Below are positions 52,116 to 62,260 of a DNA stretch of 64,000 nucleotides, piece by piece. The position numbers and the translations under genes were made by a program. This DNA comes from Podarcis gaigeae (lineage: Eukaryota): assembly GCA_964106915.2 (NCBI GenBank), contig OZ066920.1; one strand, 5' to 3'. The notes under the pieces are model-generated. The model made no database searches. It was not told the DNA's origin and saw only the letters and a program-made list of their open reading frames with translations. How positions within the stretch are numbered: position 1 is the first letter of the stretch; every line of letters starts with the position of its first letter.

Positions 52116-52153
52116 GTATCTGAAGAAGTGTGCATGCACACGAAAGCTCATAC
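52116..52153 (+). ncRNA. Minimal type I hammerhead ribozyme motif (PLE-associated)
   Basis: Stem I GUAU (52116-19); core CUGAAGA (52120-26) plus extra A; stem II GUGUGCAUGCACAC (52128-41); GAAA (52142-45); palindromic AGCU stem III; predicted cleavage after C52149 (CUC); stem I partner AUAC (52150-53). Confidence 0.8.
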
Positions 52154-54009
52154 CAAGAACTGACTTAGTTGGTCTTTAAGGTGCTACTGGAAGGATTTTT
52201 TTTGTTTTTACATCAATATTAACAGAGCATTTTTTTTAATGTTCAGAAATTCAGAAGAAAACAACCTTTTGTATGAAGTAGGACCTAACCTAGAAAGATC
52301 ACAAGCTCCTTCCTTTGCTGCTACCTTTTGTTTTTGATTTAACATGCACCTCCCCAATCACAGCTACAGTAAAATCCTGGAGACCTGAATTGTTTTCTGT
52401 GGGGCAGCAATCATTTCTCCACCAGGGAAGACCAACAGAAAAGGCTTTTCAAAAAAATCACCTGTTGAAGAACTTTAGTATTAACATATTTTTTTAAAAC
52501 AGCAGAAGGGAAAAGAGAAAGCTACTACTAGATAGATCTAAAGGGTCATGTAATCTGCTCACTTCTTTCCTCACTCATAAGACCAAATGTTTTGATGTTT
52601 GTTCTATTTGTTTGGACTAAGTGGCCATTAAGCCTAGAAATCAAACTGGACCAAAGACAACAGGCCAGGCTAGCCATGTATTTAAAGCAGGTACCTGGTA
52701 GCCACAGGCAACAAGATATTGTACACAGGCAAGTAAGCAAGCTGGCAGAAAAGGATGGGATGGTTCTGGTTGTCCTCTGCTCCCAGCAAAGGTGCCAAAT
52801 AGGCTGCAGGGGAGAGAAATCTCCCCTTCTCCACATCCTGCATAGAAGTGCAATGGGCTAATGGAGGATGGCTGGACCTTCCTATCCCTTCTCTGCAGGT
52901 TCCCAATAGGGTAGTAAAATGTTTTGCAGGCTATTTTGTAACTTTTATAGGCTTATTTACAAGGCTGGGCAGACTATTAATTCCATATCCCAAAACAAGC
53001 TCTTTATAGGCCAAGCACTGAAAAAGTGTTCCAGGAGGATAGAAAGGGACACCCAAAGAAATTGTAATGAACAAATCAAAGATATGTGTCATTAAATTTC
53101 TGAGTATAGGTGAAAGGCATCTTCTTCCCATTACTGATTTGATTAAAAAATTGTCTTCACATTCAAGTATGGAAGATTTGGGCTTCTCAATTCAAGCCTC
53201 CTGGGTTCCTGGGTGCAAAACATGAATTGCTGTGGATAATGGAATCTGCAGCTTAGTACCTGACCTTACCAATAGAATACTTCCATTGCTAAAAGTCAGT
53301 CTGTAAATCCTGTCAATTACTTGCCTTTCTCTGAAGGAGCAGATGGGCTACTGCTGTCTGGATACTCTTTGCCCCTCTTATTGGTCTTTTATTCTTGAAC
53401 TAAATATGCCATTCACTAAATTCTGTGCAGTCTGGATTGTATGGGCATTTCCTCAGTTACATTCCAGTTATTCTGACCTAATGATGTACACAAATTCCTT
53501 GAAAAGTTATGGCCAACTGCTTGCAAATTAACCTTTGCAAATACACTAGTATACAGGATTTAACCAGTAAGGACCTGATGTTTAACCCCCTGTGTCAATG
53601 AGCAGCTTGCAAGCAGGAGCACCTGCAGGCCTGAACTCTGTGATACTATAGTTCCACTAATACAGCATCCCACTCATAAGTAATCGGGTCACCTGAGCAT
53701 CTAACAGGGTCCCATCTAGCCATGCTTGCTAATTATGACTTGACGCTACTGTTTGATCAACTCATTTATTAACGCATTCTTAGCGGCTCACAAAATTCTG
53801 AGTCCTATGTTACTTGCCCGCCTCCAGTCCTGATATTGCTCTTTTTTGGGGGGGGGGGGGAGGTTAAAATTAAGCCATAGATTTGTCCGTAAAATAAAAA
53901 TAACAGAATTGATAAAGAAACTTAAAATAATTGACTGACTTTCAGGGTGTGTATTGTATACCCATTTCAATGGCTTTAAGCTGTGATCTATAAATTTGCA
54001 ACACCAGCA

Positions 54010-54369
54010 GCATCTGTCAATTTGGTTTCTCTCAGTTTCTCATTTTTTCCGATCTTAAATTCAGATTGCCATATTGCCACATCAGTTTGTGATTTTTCTT
54101 TTAAAGTCCTAAAAGAATCAACATCTGTTTTTCTCCTAATGTGCACGTTTTGTATGAAATGTTGCCTAATATTCAAATTTGTTGAAAGTAAGTTTCCTCA
54201 ATACAATGCATTTTTGTATGTCGTGTTTACATTTTTATGCACTGTTTACCCTACTATAAAATTTTGTACATGTTGTTTTGGTTAAAGAACTGCACTGCAA
54301 AATTCAGAGAAATGTGAAATGGATCATATCATTTGGGATAGTACAAATTAGGTAGGTTCCCATCCCTAC
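54010..54369. repeat. Unclassified interspersed repeat, probably DNA-transposon derived
   Basis: Resembles from memory a recurrent lacertid repeat (ctgtcaatttggtttctctcagtttctcatttt...gaactgcactgcaaaattcagagaa...catcccta). Family not assignable by eye. Confidence 0.35.
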
Positions 54370-55033
54370 ATGCAGGGCATTGTTGTATGTATAAATAAAT
54401 ATTAAAATTCATGCATTTTCTGATTTATGCATTACTACTTATGTCTTGTTCTAGATCAGGAGACATGAGGACCTTTTCCCCTTTCGGTGGCCTCTGATGA
54501 TCTAGTCTTCTTGTTCATTAACATTTTAAGCAGTCAAAGACAAGAGAACAAAGGGTTCCTTTAGCAGTCAGTGTGAATTTCCACTTAGTTAACTAGTCAC
54601 CTTGCTTGATTTTTTTCCCTATGAGATTTTTGCATTATTAATTTGGTAGCAAAGAATGTTAACAGGTTCATATTAATGTCATTAAAACATTTTCAATGCA
54701 GACTGAAATTAATTATGAAGCATTATAAAAGGTAATCCAGATATGACTTTCATTGCCAAATGAATAGAAATAAATTCAAATATAACCAAAACTTTTCTCT
54801 CTCTATAATATACACCATAGTGGCTTAGAAGAAGCATTTGCAATGTGTAAATAATATATGTGTGTAAATTGGTCTACTGCATCCATATACACATGTATTT
54901 ACATATTAACATGACAGACTACAGAGACATTAAATGAGTTGATTTGTTCTCTTACACACTACACACTACAAGTATTTCTAATTACTTCAAGCGCACCAGA
55001 CAACACCAAAAAGTCACAGAAATGCATATTTTA

Positions 55034-55121
55034 GGCTGCAATCCTGTGCACTCTGTTGTAAGTAAGCCCTACTGAACATAGCAGGGTATGTTTCTGAATA
55101 TATAGGCCCAGGATTGCACTG
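55034..55121. mobile_element. ~88-bp palindromic MITE (PIF/Harbinger-like)
   Basis: TTA|ggctgcaatcctg...caggattgcactg|TAA. Confidence 0.65.
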
Positions 55122-55711
55122 TAAATCAAATATTTCAATAAGACCTTTCCACACTTTTTATATAACATCAATAGGCATGCTATTATGCAGGATCACTAAT
55201 GAGTAAAGGGGTGGGAACATGGTCCTCAGACAGAAACATGATCTACAAAAAAGAAAACTGCTTCCCCTAACAGCAAACCTCTGAGTTCCACTGGCTTGCT
55301 AAACTTTCCATCTCATTGTGATTAAGGCTACATTCCTATATATATCTAAATATATTTATCTGGAACCACATCCCACTGAACTCGGAGCTTACCTCTGAAT
55401 AGACATAAATAAACTTCAACTGTTAACTTCCTATAGGATAAGGTCCTTCACAGAGTTTAACTCATTCAAGAAATTCCACAATACTGTAAAATCTGTGTTC
55501 CTGATAACCTCTGCATCTGAATCAAGTACTATGGGATGAGCAAGGAACTAATTCCAGTTACTAAGGAATCATATTTATCCGTAAATGTGCTAAAGAGATA
55601 CATAAAATATTTGCAGTCAGAAGATGATGTAACCATGAGTGATGGCTGCACAAGGACATGTTGATGTGGCACTATACACAAGCTAGGCAGCCAGTTTGAA
55701 TATTTTGAATA

Positions 55712-55992
55712 CAGACAACTCCTCATTCATGCGGGAGTTGCATTCCAAGGCATTTAAGTAAAATCATGTATATTGGGGGAAAGCCTGCAAACACCCTCCA
55801 AACCTCCTTTCTCAAATTCCAACTCTCCAAAGGTCTCAAAGGTTGGTGCAAGAGCTCCTGAGATGGCACTTGCAAAGACTTGTGGGATTACTAGACATTG
55901 TTTTCACACTCTTTCCAAAGTTTCTGAAGTACATATACGGTGGGAAACTACACTAAACTGCTATGCTGCAATGGTTTATCCAACTGGGGTTG
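55712..55992. mobile_element. Decayed Tigger/pogo-like MITE; right boundary approximate
   Basis: TA|cagacaactcctcattcatgcgggagttgcattcc left end; possible right end at caactggggttgttg. Confidence 0.4.
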
Positions 55993-57125
55993 TTGTTTTT
56001 TTGCCTTTGCTAATTTCTTTTATTGGGCCTGAGCTTCAAATTTAATCTGAAGCCTACAAGTTTTTAAGAAATCTAAACTATGCCACAAGAGCCAACCTCA
56101 CTAATGTTCCACTAATATTGTTATATAAATGGGGGGAAATACAGAAATAATTTAGAACTAAACAAAATATCAAATGAAGGATATCAGAATTCCCTGGTTG
56201 TTGGTGCTGATGGTAAAAAAAACACAAAAAACCCCATGCCTCTATGGCCAGACAGAGGAACAGCTTTGTAAGAGATCCTCAGGTTCCTCACTGAACATAC
56301 TGCCCCTTTCGATATAAACTTCATATTGTGCTGGGTTGAGGAGAGAGAAGGGAACATCAGCCTAAGTATGAATATATACAATAACTATGTAAGAACAAAA
56401 GTTGAGGTCAATCACATTCCTATTTATTTTTGCTGCTATCTCACATTATCAGGACATTCTACATTGGAATAATTTTACAATAAACTACACCAAGTCCTTG
56501 AGCTTTGGAAGCAAATTTGTGATGTATAAAATCTAAACATGAGGGACAAGTGGTGATTGGGTGGCACCTAATTCAGGAATGAATATGGCTGCCTACTTCC
56601 CTACTATCATATGTTGATCTGTATTCCCTTGTTTCATACAGATACTCCCAGGAACCCCTTGTGTTAGGGGGTAATCTTTGACCAGTATCATTATATATGA
56701 AAACAGCACTTACGTTTTTGGTCTACTTAAAGTATTTTTATTTAAAATAAAAATAATAATAACCACAGTGAAGGTGATGTACATAATCATTGTCATTTGG
56801 TAAATTATACTTGCCAGTGGTCAAAGCCTGCCCTTTTGAAACATAAGGTAGCAATTTTACCCTCACACTACTTTAAAAAGGATTAAGAGGAACTACTGTA
56901 AGGATATAAAAATAGTATGGAATATAAAGTTCTGTATTTAAGAATTTTGTCTGTATTCCCAATTATTTCAGTCTTGTAATTTATTTAGTGATGACAGGAT
57001 TGGGTTCTAATACTGAGCATTGGACATTGCAACAGCACAATAATGTTACACTGTGGTAAAACACTTCAGTAAAGCGGGTAGAAAGGTTAACCAGAATTAC
57101 GCTTTGCTTAACTGTAATGGGTCAT

Positions 57126-57212
57126 GGTTGCAATCCTGAACACACTTACTAGGAAGTAATCCCACTGGACACAGTGAGACTTGTTTCCGAGTAAACATGC
57201 GATGAGATGCAC
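57126..57212. mobile_element. Palindromic MITE, same ~88-bp family
   Basis: ggttgcaatcctgaacacacttactaggaagtaatcccactggacacagtgagacttgtttccgagtaaacatg. Confidence 0.6.
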
Positions 57213-58374
57213 AAAGTCATATCATATTTCTCATTTCAGCTTTTATAAATACATTGAAGTCTGCTGTTAAATGTTAATGTTTACAGCAAATTCAGTAATG
57301 CATCTTATGAGGGGATCCTTTAAATGAAAGACAAATATATTGTACATTCTAAGTTGGTATGAAAAGTCAAAATATTGTTTACTCAGGCTGCACAGAGAAA
57401 TATGTAATTTTGAATTCCCTTTTTAGGGGAAAAACCCTGCAATCTCATCAGAAATGTCTTTTACATTAAAAAGCAATATTCAGGTTTCTAGTTTTTGCCA
57501 ACACACACAAAGATGAGACATTGTATAATTCCCCTCCTTTGCTGTGCCAACTTGTATGCCCGCCTGCACTGTTTCCACAGTCTTCAGTTATTTTTAAATG
57601 AAAATACAAAGGGGTGGGGTGGGGTCGAGAGGAAAAATAGGTTTCTAATAAAAGGAACTATCTAGACTAGAGGAACCTATTGAGCAAGACTGATGGCAAA
57701 GAATTTGCAGCATATAATCGGCTGCGTTTGGCAAAACAGAAAAACAAAAAACCCAGCAAATTATGCCAATATAAAAACAGTGTTATAGAAATACCCAACA
57801 GCTCTATCTCATGCATGTTTATTTGGAAGTAAATCCTACTATGTTCAGTGGGATTTACTCTCATGTAAGCATGCACAAAACTAAATGTATCTAGCCAAGA
57901 TTTTAACAACTAAATATTCCTATTAAAAATGCCACTGCTTGGGAAACAGATAATTTTGTTTCTGAAATACATTTCTTAGTTAAAAATAAAATCCTTTGCG
58001 GCTAATTCTACAGAGAAATCTACTGTATTCTTGCTGCACATATCTGACTGTCCTGCAAATAATTACAGAGTGCAGACTTGACTGTCATTCATGTGTATCT
58101 ATTCTATTGTGTGAAGAGAAAAATAAAATGGTTGCCCATACATTAGCACATCACCCATGGCTAGTGCAATGACAAGATAGATTAGGATGTATATTAAATC
58201 TCACACATGACTGCTTTTCTGTATCAAGGTAAAAAATACTTGCTTTTACATACATTAGGGGCTAGCGTTGGACTGACATCTACATTAATATTGACAGCAT
58301 GTCAACATTTTTTACATATACTAAGTCAATAACTAGCCTAAATCTGGTAAAAGGTAGATAACAAAATTTTTGTC

Positions 58375-58400
58375 GTGTGTGTGTGTGTGTGTGTGTGTGT
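58375..58400. repeat. (GT)13 microsatellite
   Basis: Direct reading. Confidence 0.95.
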
Positions 58401-59344
58401 ATGCGGGTGTGTATAGGGTACGGAGATCTAGAATGTAAACATATTTCCCCTATTAGAAAAAAGAACCATAAATAAGACATTTCTTTTAAATTAATCCTAC
58501 AGGAAATGTTTCAATATTTTATTTATTTTATTTATATACCGTATATACCACCCTATACCCAGAGGTCTCAGGGCAGTTCACAGAATATATATGCTATGGC
58601 TTCATAATGGAGCCTCATTTGACAATAAGAGCTCTAGCAGAGAAGGAATGGGAAAGAAAATACAGACACTGGATATTATATACCGGTATATTGTATTACA
58701 AAAGGAATGGGGTAGTATTATTTTGCCTATACAAAATTGCTATTACAGTTTCACTTTCAATACAGTGTCTTAAAATGAAGCAAAGCCCTCTAAAAAATAT
58801 TACTCATTTACCTCCTCACCTTAATAACTTATTAAAAATATTGGGTTGAATTCAGCTTCACAGTGCAACCCTATGCTTTTCTATACAGAAATAAGTCCCA
58901 TGGAGTTAAACAGGGCTTACACCCAAGTAAGTGCATATTAGTTCAGCTTAGCTCCTATTAAAATAAATGGGACAAGTCAGTAAAGACTTAAGTCCCACTG
59001 ATTTCAATGCACTTTTTAGATGGAAAAATGTTGAATTCAACGTAGCTTAGCAGGTTCATGATGGGCCAGGATGGTTAATGGCAATACTGTGTACTGTCTG
59101 GCTATTGCACTTCAGTAATGGACAGTGTGGAGAGGCAGAAACATTCCCCTGGCCTCCCGACAACTGAGCTGCTGCTGCTTACCAAAAAAGAGGGGAGAAG
59201 AGAGGTAAGACATTGAAATCAGTGAGGTGCAAACACACTGGCAGGAATGCTGGATTAGCTCCACCTGTGCATTTTCACCATGCCAGCCTCACCACGGCCA
59301 TCCCTTTCCTTCCTGGAAGTTACTCAACTGTTGGAGGTCAGCTA

Positions 59345-59905
59345 AGCACCGCAGTTCAACCATGTGGTACACTACTCCTGCACCTAAAAACGATATTGTA
59401 GAGCTGGATATGGTTCAGAGAAGGGCAACCAAAATGATCAAGGGATAGATGAGTAAGTAAAACAAGATAGAGGTGTCTATTGTTAAGCATGGTGTAGAGA
59501 AAGTGGCTAAAGAATAGTTCTTTTTCCTCTCTCATCATTCTCAAACCTGAGAATTATGCAAAGAAGCTGAATGTTGGAAAATTCAGGACCGGCAAAAGGA
59601 GGTATTTCTTCACACCGTGCATAAACCATAGATGTAGTGATGGCCACCTATTGGGCTGGCTTTAGCACAAGATCAGACAAACCATGGAGGATAAACCTAT
59701 CAATTGTTCCAAGTCATGATGGCTCTGTACTATGTCCATTGTTGGTGGTCTGCATCTGAACTCCAGATCCTGGGGAGCACAAGTGAGGAGTGCTCTTCTG
59801 CTCATGCCCTGCTTGCAGACTTCCCAAAGGCATCTGCTTGGCCACTGTGAGAACAGGATGCTGGACCAGACGGGCTTTTGGCCTGATCCAGCAGGGCTCT
59901 TATGT
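59345..59905 (+). mobile_element. CR1 LINE 3' portion
   Basis: Encodes KNDIVELDMVQRRATKMIKG (CR1 'LE.VQRRATKMI.G' motif) followed by the CR1 3' UTR ggccactgtgagaacaggatgctggac...cctgatccagcagggctcttatgt. Confidence 0.88.
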
Positions 59906-60322
59906 GTAACAGTGAAACCAGGAAGTCTCTATCTATAGTTTCCCGTTTTGTCTGATCTAGGAAACTATACCTACTCTGGATCAAGCCAGAATCATAAACC
60001 GTGGTTTGAAATTAATTTAATAACTTGGCTTGTCACAAAGCTGGTGGCAACAGTTTCTTAAGAACACAAGCCTGCTGGATAAGGTCAATAAACTATCTAA
60101 TCCAGCCTTCTTTTCCCACAGTGGCTGACCAGATATTTGTGGGAAGCCTGCAAGCTGCACATGAGCACAACAGGACCTGTGATCCTGGCAACTAGCATTC
60201 AGAGGCATAATGCCACTGACCATGGAGGGAGATCAGAGCCATCATGGCTAGTAGCCACTGGTAGCCTTGGCCTCTAGGATATTGTCCAATCCTCTTTTAA
60301 AGCTATCCAAGTTGGTGGTCAA

Positions 60323-60675
60323 GGGACGCGGGTGGCACTGTAGGTTAAACCACAGAGCCTAGGACTTGCCAATCAGAAGGTGGGCGGTTCGAATCCCTGC
60401 GACGGGGTGAGCTCCTGTTGCTCGGTCCCTGCTCCTGCCAACCTAGCAGTTTGAAAGCACGTCAGAGTGCAAGTAAATAAATAGGTACCGCTCCGGCGGG
60501 AAGGTAAATGGCATTTCCGTGAGCTGCTCTGACTTGCCAGAAGCGGCTTAGTCATGCTGGCCACATGACCCGGAATCTGTACGCTGGCTCCCTCGGCCAA
60601 TAAAGCAAGATGAGCGCAGCAACCCCAGAGTCGGCCATGACTGGACCTAATGGTCAGGGGTCCCTTTATCCTTTA
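60323..60675 (+). mobile_element. Full-length Sauria SINE (Squam1) nested in CR1
   Basis: gggacgcgggtggcactgtaggttaaaccacagagcctagg...gtccctttatccttta. TSD AAGTTG(G/C)TGGTCA at 60309-60321 and 60676-60688. Confidence 0.95.
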
Positions 60676-61008
60676 AAGTTGCTGGTCATCACAGCCTCCT
60701 GTGGGACCAAGTTCCAAAGTTTAACTATGTGATGCATGACAAAGTGCTTTCTTTTATCTGTCCTCAATCGTCCAATGTTCAACTTCATTGGCTATCCATG
60801 AGTTTGAGTGTTATGAGGGAGAAAGAAAATATTTTCTCTATCCACTGTCTCCATACCATGCATGCATAAGTTTTTAAACTTCTATCGTATCACCTCTTAC
60901 TTGCCTTTTCACTAAACTAAAAAGTCCCAAATACTGCCATCTTTCCTCACAGTGGAGTTTCTTATCCCCTTGATCATTTTAATTGCCCTTTTCTGAACAT
61001 GTCCCAAC

Positions 61009-61175
61009 CAGTGGCATAGCATGGGGGGTGCAGTGGGGGCCGGCCGCACCGGGCACAACATCTGGGGGGGGGCGCGCTCGCACTCACAGCTCTCTGCCCC
61101 TACTAAAATCCACGGGTTAGGGGGTGCAAATTACTTGCCTTGCCCCGGGTGCTGATAACCCACGCTACGCCACTG
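61009..61175. mobile_element. hAT-superfamily MITE (167 bp) with 8-bp TSD, nested in CR1
   Basis: TIRs CAGTGGCATAGC / GCTACGCCACTG; perfect TSD GTCCCAAC at 61001-61008 and 61176-61183. Confidence 0.92.
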
Positions 61176-62114
61176 GTCCCAACCCTGCCTTATCCCTTTT
61201 TGAGGTGAGACAACCAGAACTGTACACAGTATTCCGAATGTAGTGGCACTATAAATCTGTATAACCTGGATATGGAGAGTGTTTATTACAGGGGAGTGGA
61301 CAATGGACTCCTTGGGGAATGAGTCTTCCTTCCAGAGAGGGAGGCATTTTAGAAACTTATAATAACATTACTATGAAAGCTTTCCCCAAAAACTAAAGCT
61401 GGTGGGGGTAATAACAGCCAACCCCTGGCCCTTGCACGTGGAACTGTCTTCCACTCACACAATACAATATTAGGATTCAAGCTGTAAACTTTAAAATAAA
61501 TCTCAAAACCTCAAACAAATTACTAATACTTTTTAAGTGCTTACAATCATATGTCATTCCACAGTGCACCATGGTAAACAATCTCATTTTGGTAGGAGAG
61601 ATGTTTTTATTTTACAATTGTAGCTGGGACAAGGCTCTGATCCTAATGCATTAGCACAGGCAGGTAAATGGTGTTTACCAAGTTGCTCGCTGCCTACCCC
61701 ACTTATGACACAATAGTGTTGCACTGGTGCCTATACTGTGTGATAATGAATCATAAAGTAGGCAGGCACAGATGAATCTGGCTCATTGTTGGTGGTGATG
61801 ACTAGCTGACTGTTGATTGGTCATTTACCATAGTCCCCTTCACTGCCCAAATTCAACAGCTCTGTTCTACTGTCTCTTTCATCTAGAGTTGGACTGCTAG
61901 GAGAAGAGAGGTAGTGCAAAATCAGGCTCCATGGGAAATTGAAGGAGTGACAGACTGACCTGAGTTGTCTCCTTGACAAGAATGGAATAGATGGAAAAAT
62001 TACTTGGAGAGTACATGGAACTATCAAATGAATCTTAGAGGAAGGTTAAAATTGGTGTTTAGTTTGGTGTCTGGGCATGGCACTCATTTTGTGATTTTTT
62101 GTGTGCAACTTGTG

Positions 62115-62260
62115 CCTTAGGTCTCAAAGGCTTGCTCTTGGAAGTATGAAAAATGGGTTTGCCTGTCATCTAAAAGGTAACAAAGCAAGAACCATGTGAA
62201 CTTTTTGGGAGATGATGTTCCACAGATGGAGTTCCACAACCTATGAGAGCCAATGGAAGG
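62115..62260 (-). mobile_element. Decayed L2-type 3' fragment
   Basis: Antisense translation includes RLWNS and LLCYLLDDRQTH...QAF, resembling the L2 terminal LWN.LP...F...LKT.LF.QAF pattern. Confidence 0.45.

Larger units (their letters stand above)
51854..52208. mobile_element. Young Penelope-like element (PLE) insertion made of two inverted pseudo-LTR fragments
   Basis: Arms 51893-52041 and 52060-52208 are reverse complements (149 bp, one mismatch, 18-nt spacer). Direct repeat TACATCAATATT at 51842-51853 and 52209-52220. The sequence resembles reptile Penelope pLTRs (ctgaagaag...gaaagctca...ctttaaggtgctac...cagaccaacacggctac). Confidence 0.85.
60058..61262 (-). mobile_element. CR1 LINE 3' portion hosting two younger insertions
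   Basis: Antisense CR1 3' UTR at the left; atccccttgatcattttaattgcccttttctgaac (antisense VQKRA.KMIKG); colinear with 5997-6500. Confidence 0.85.
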
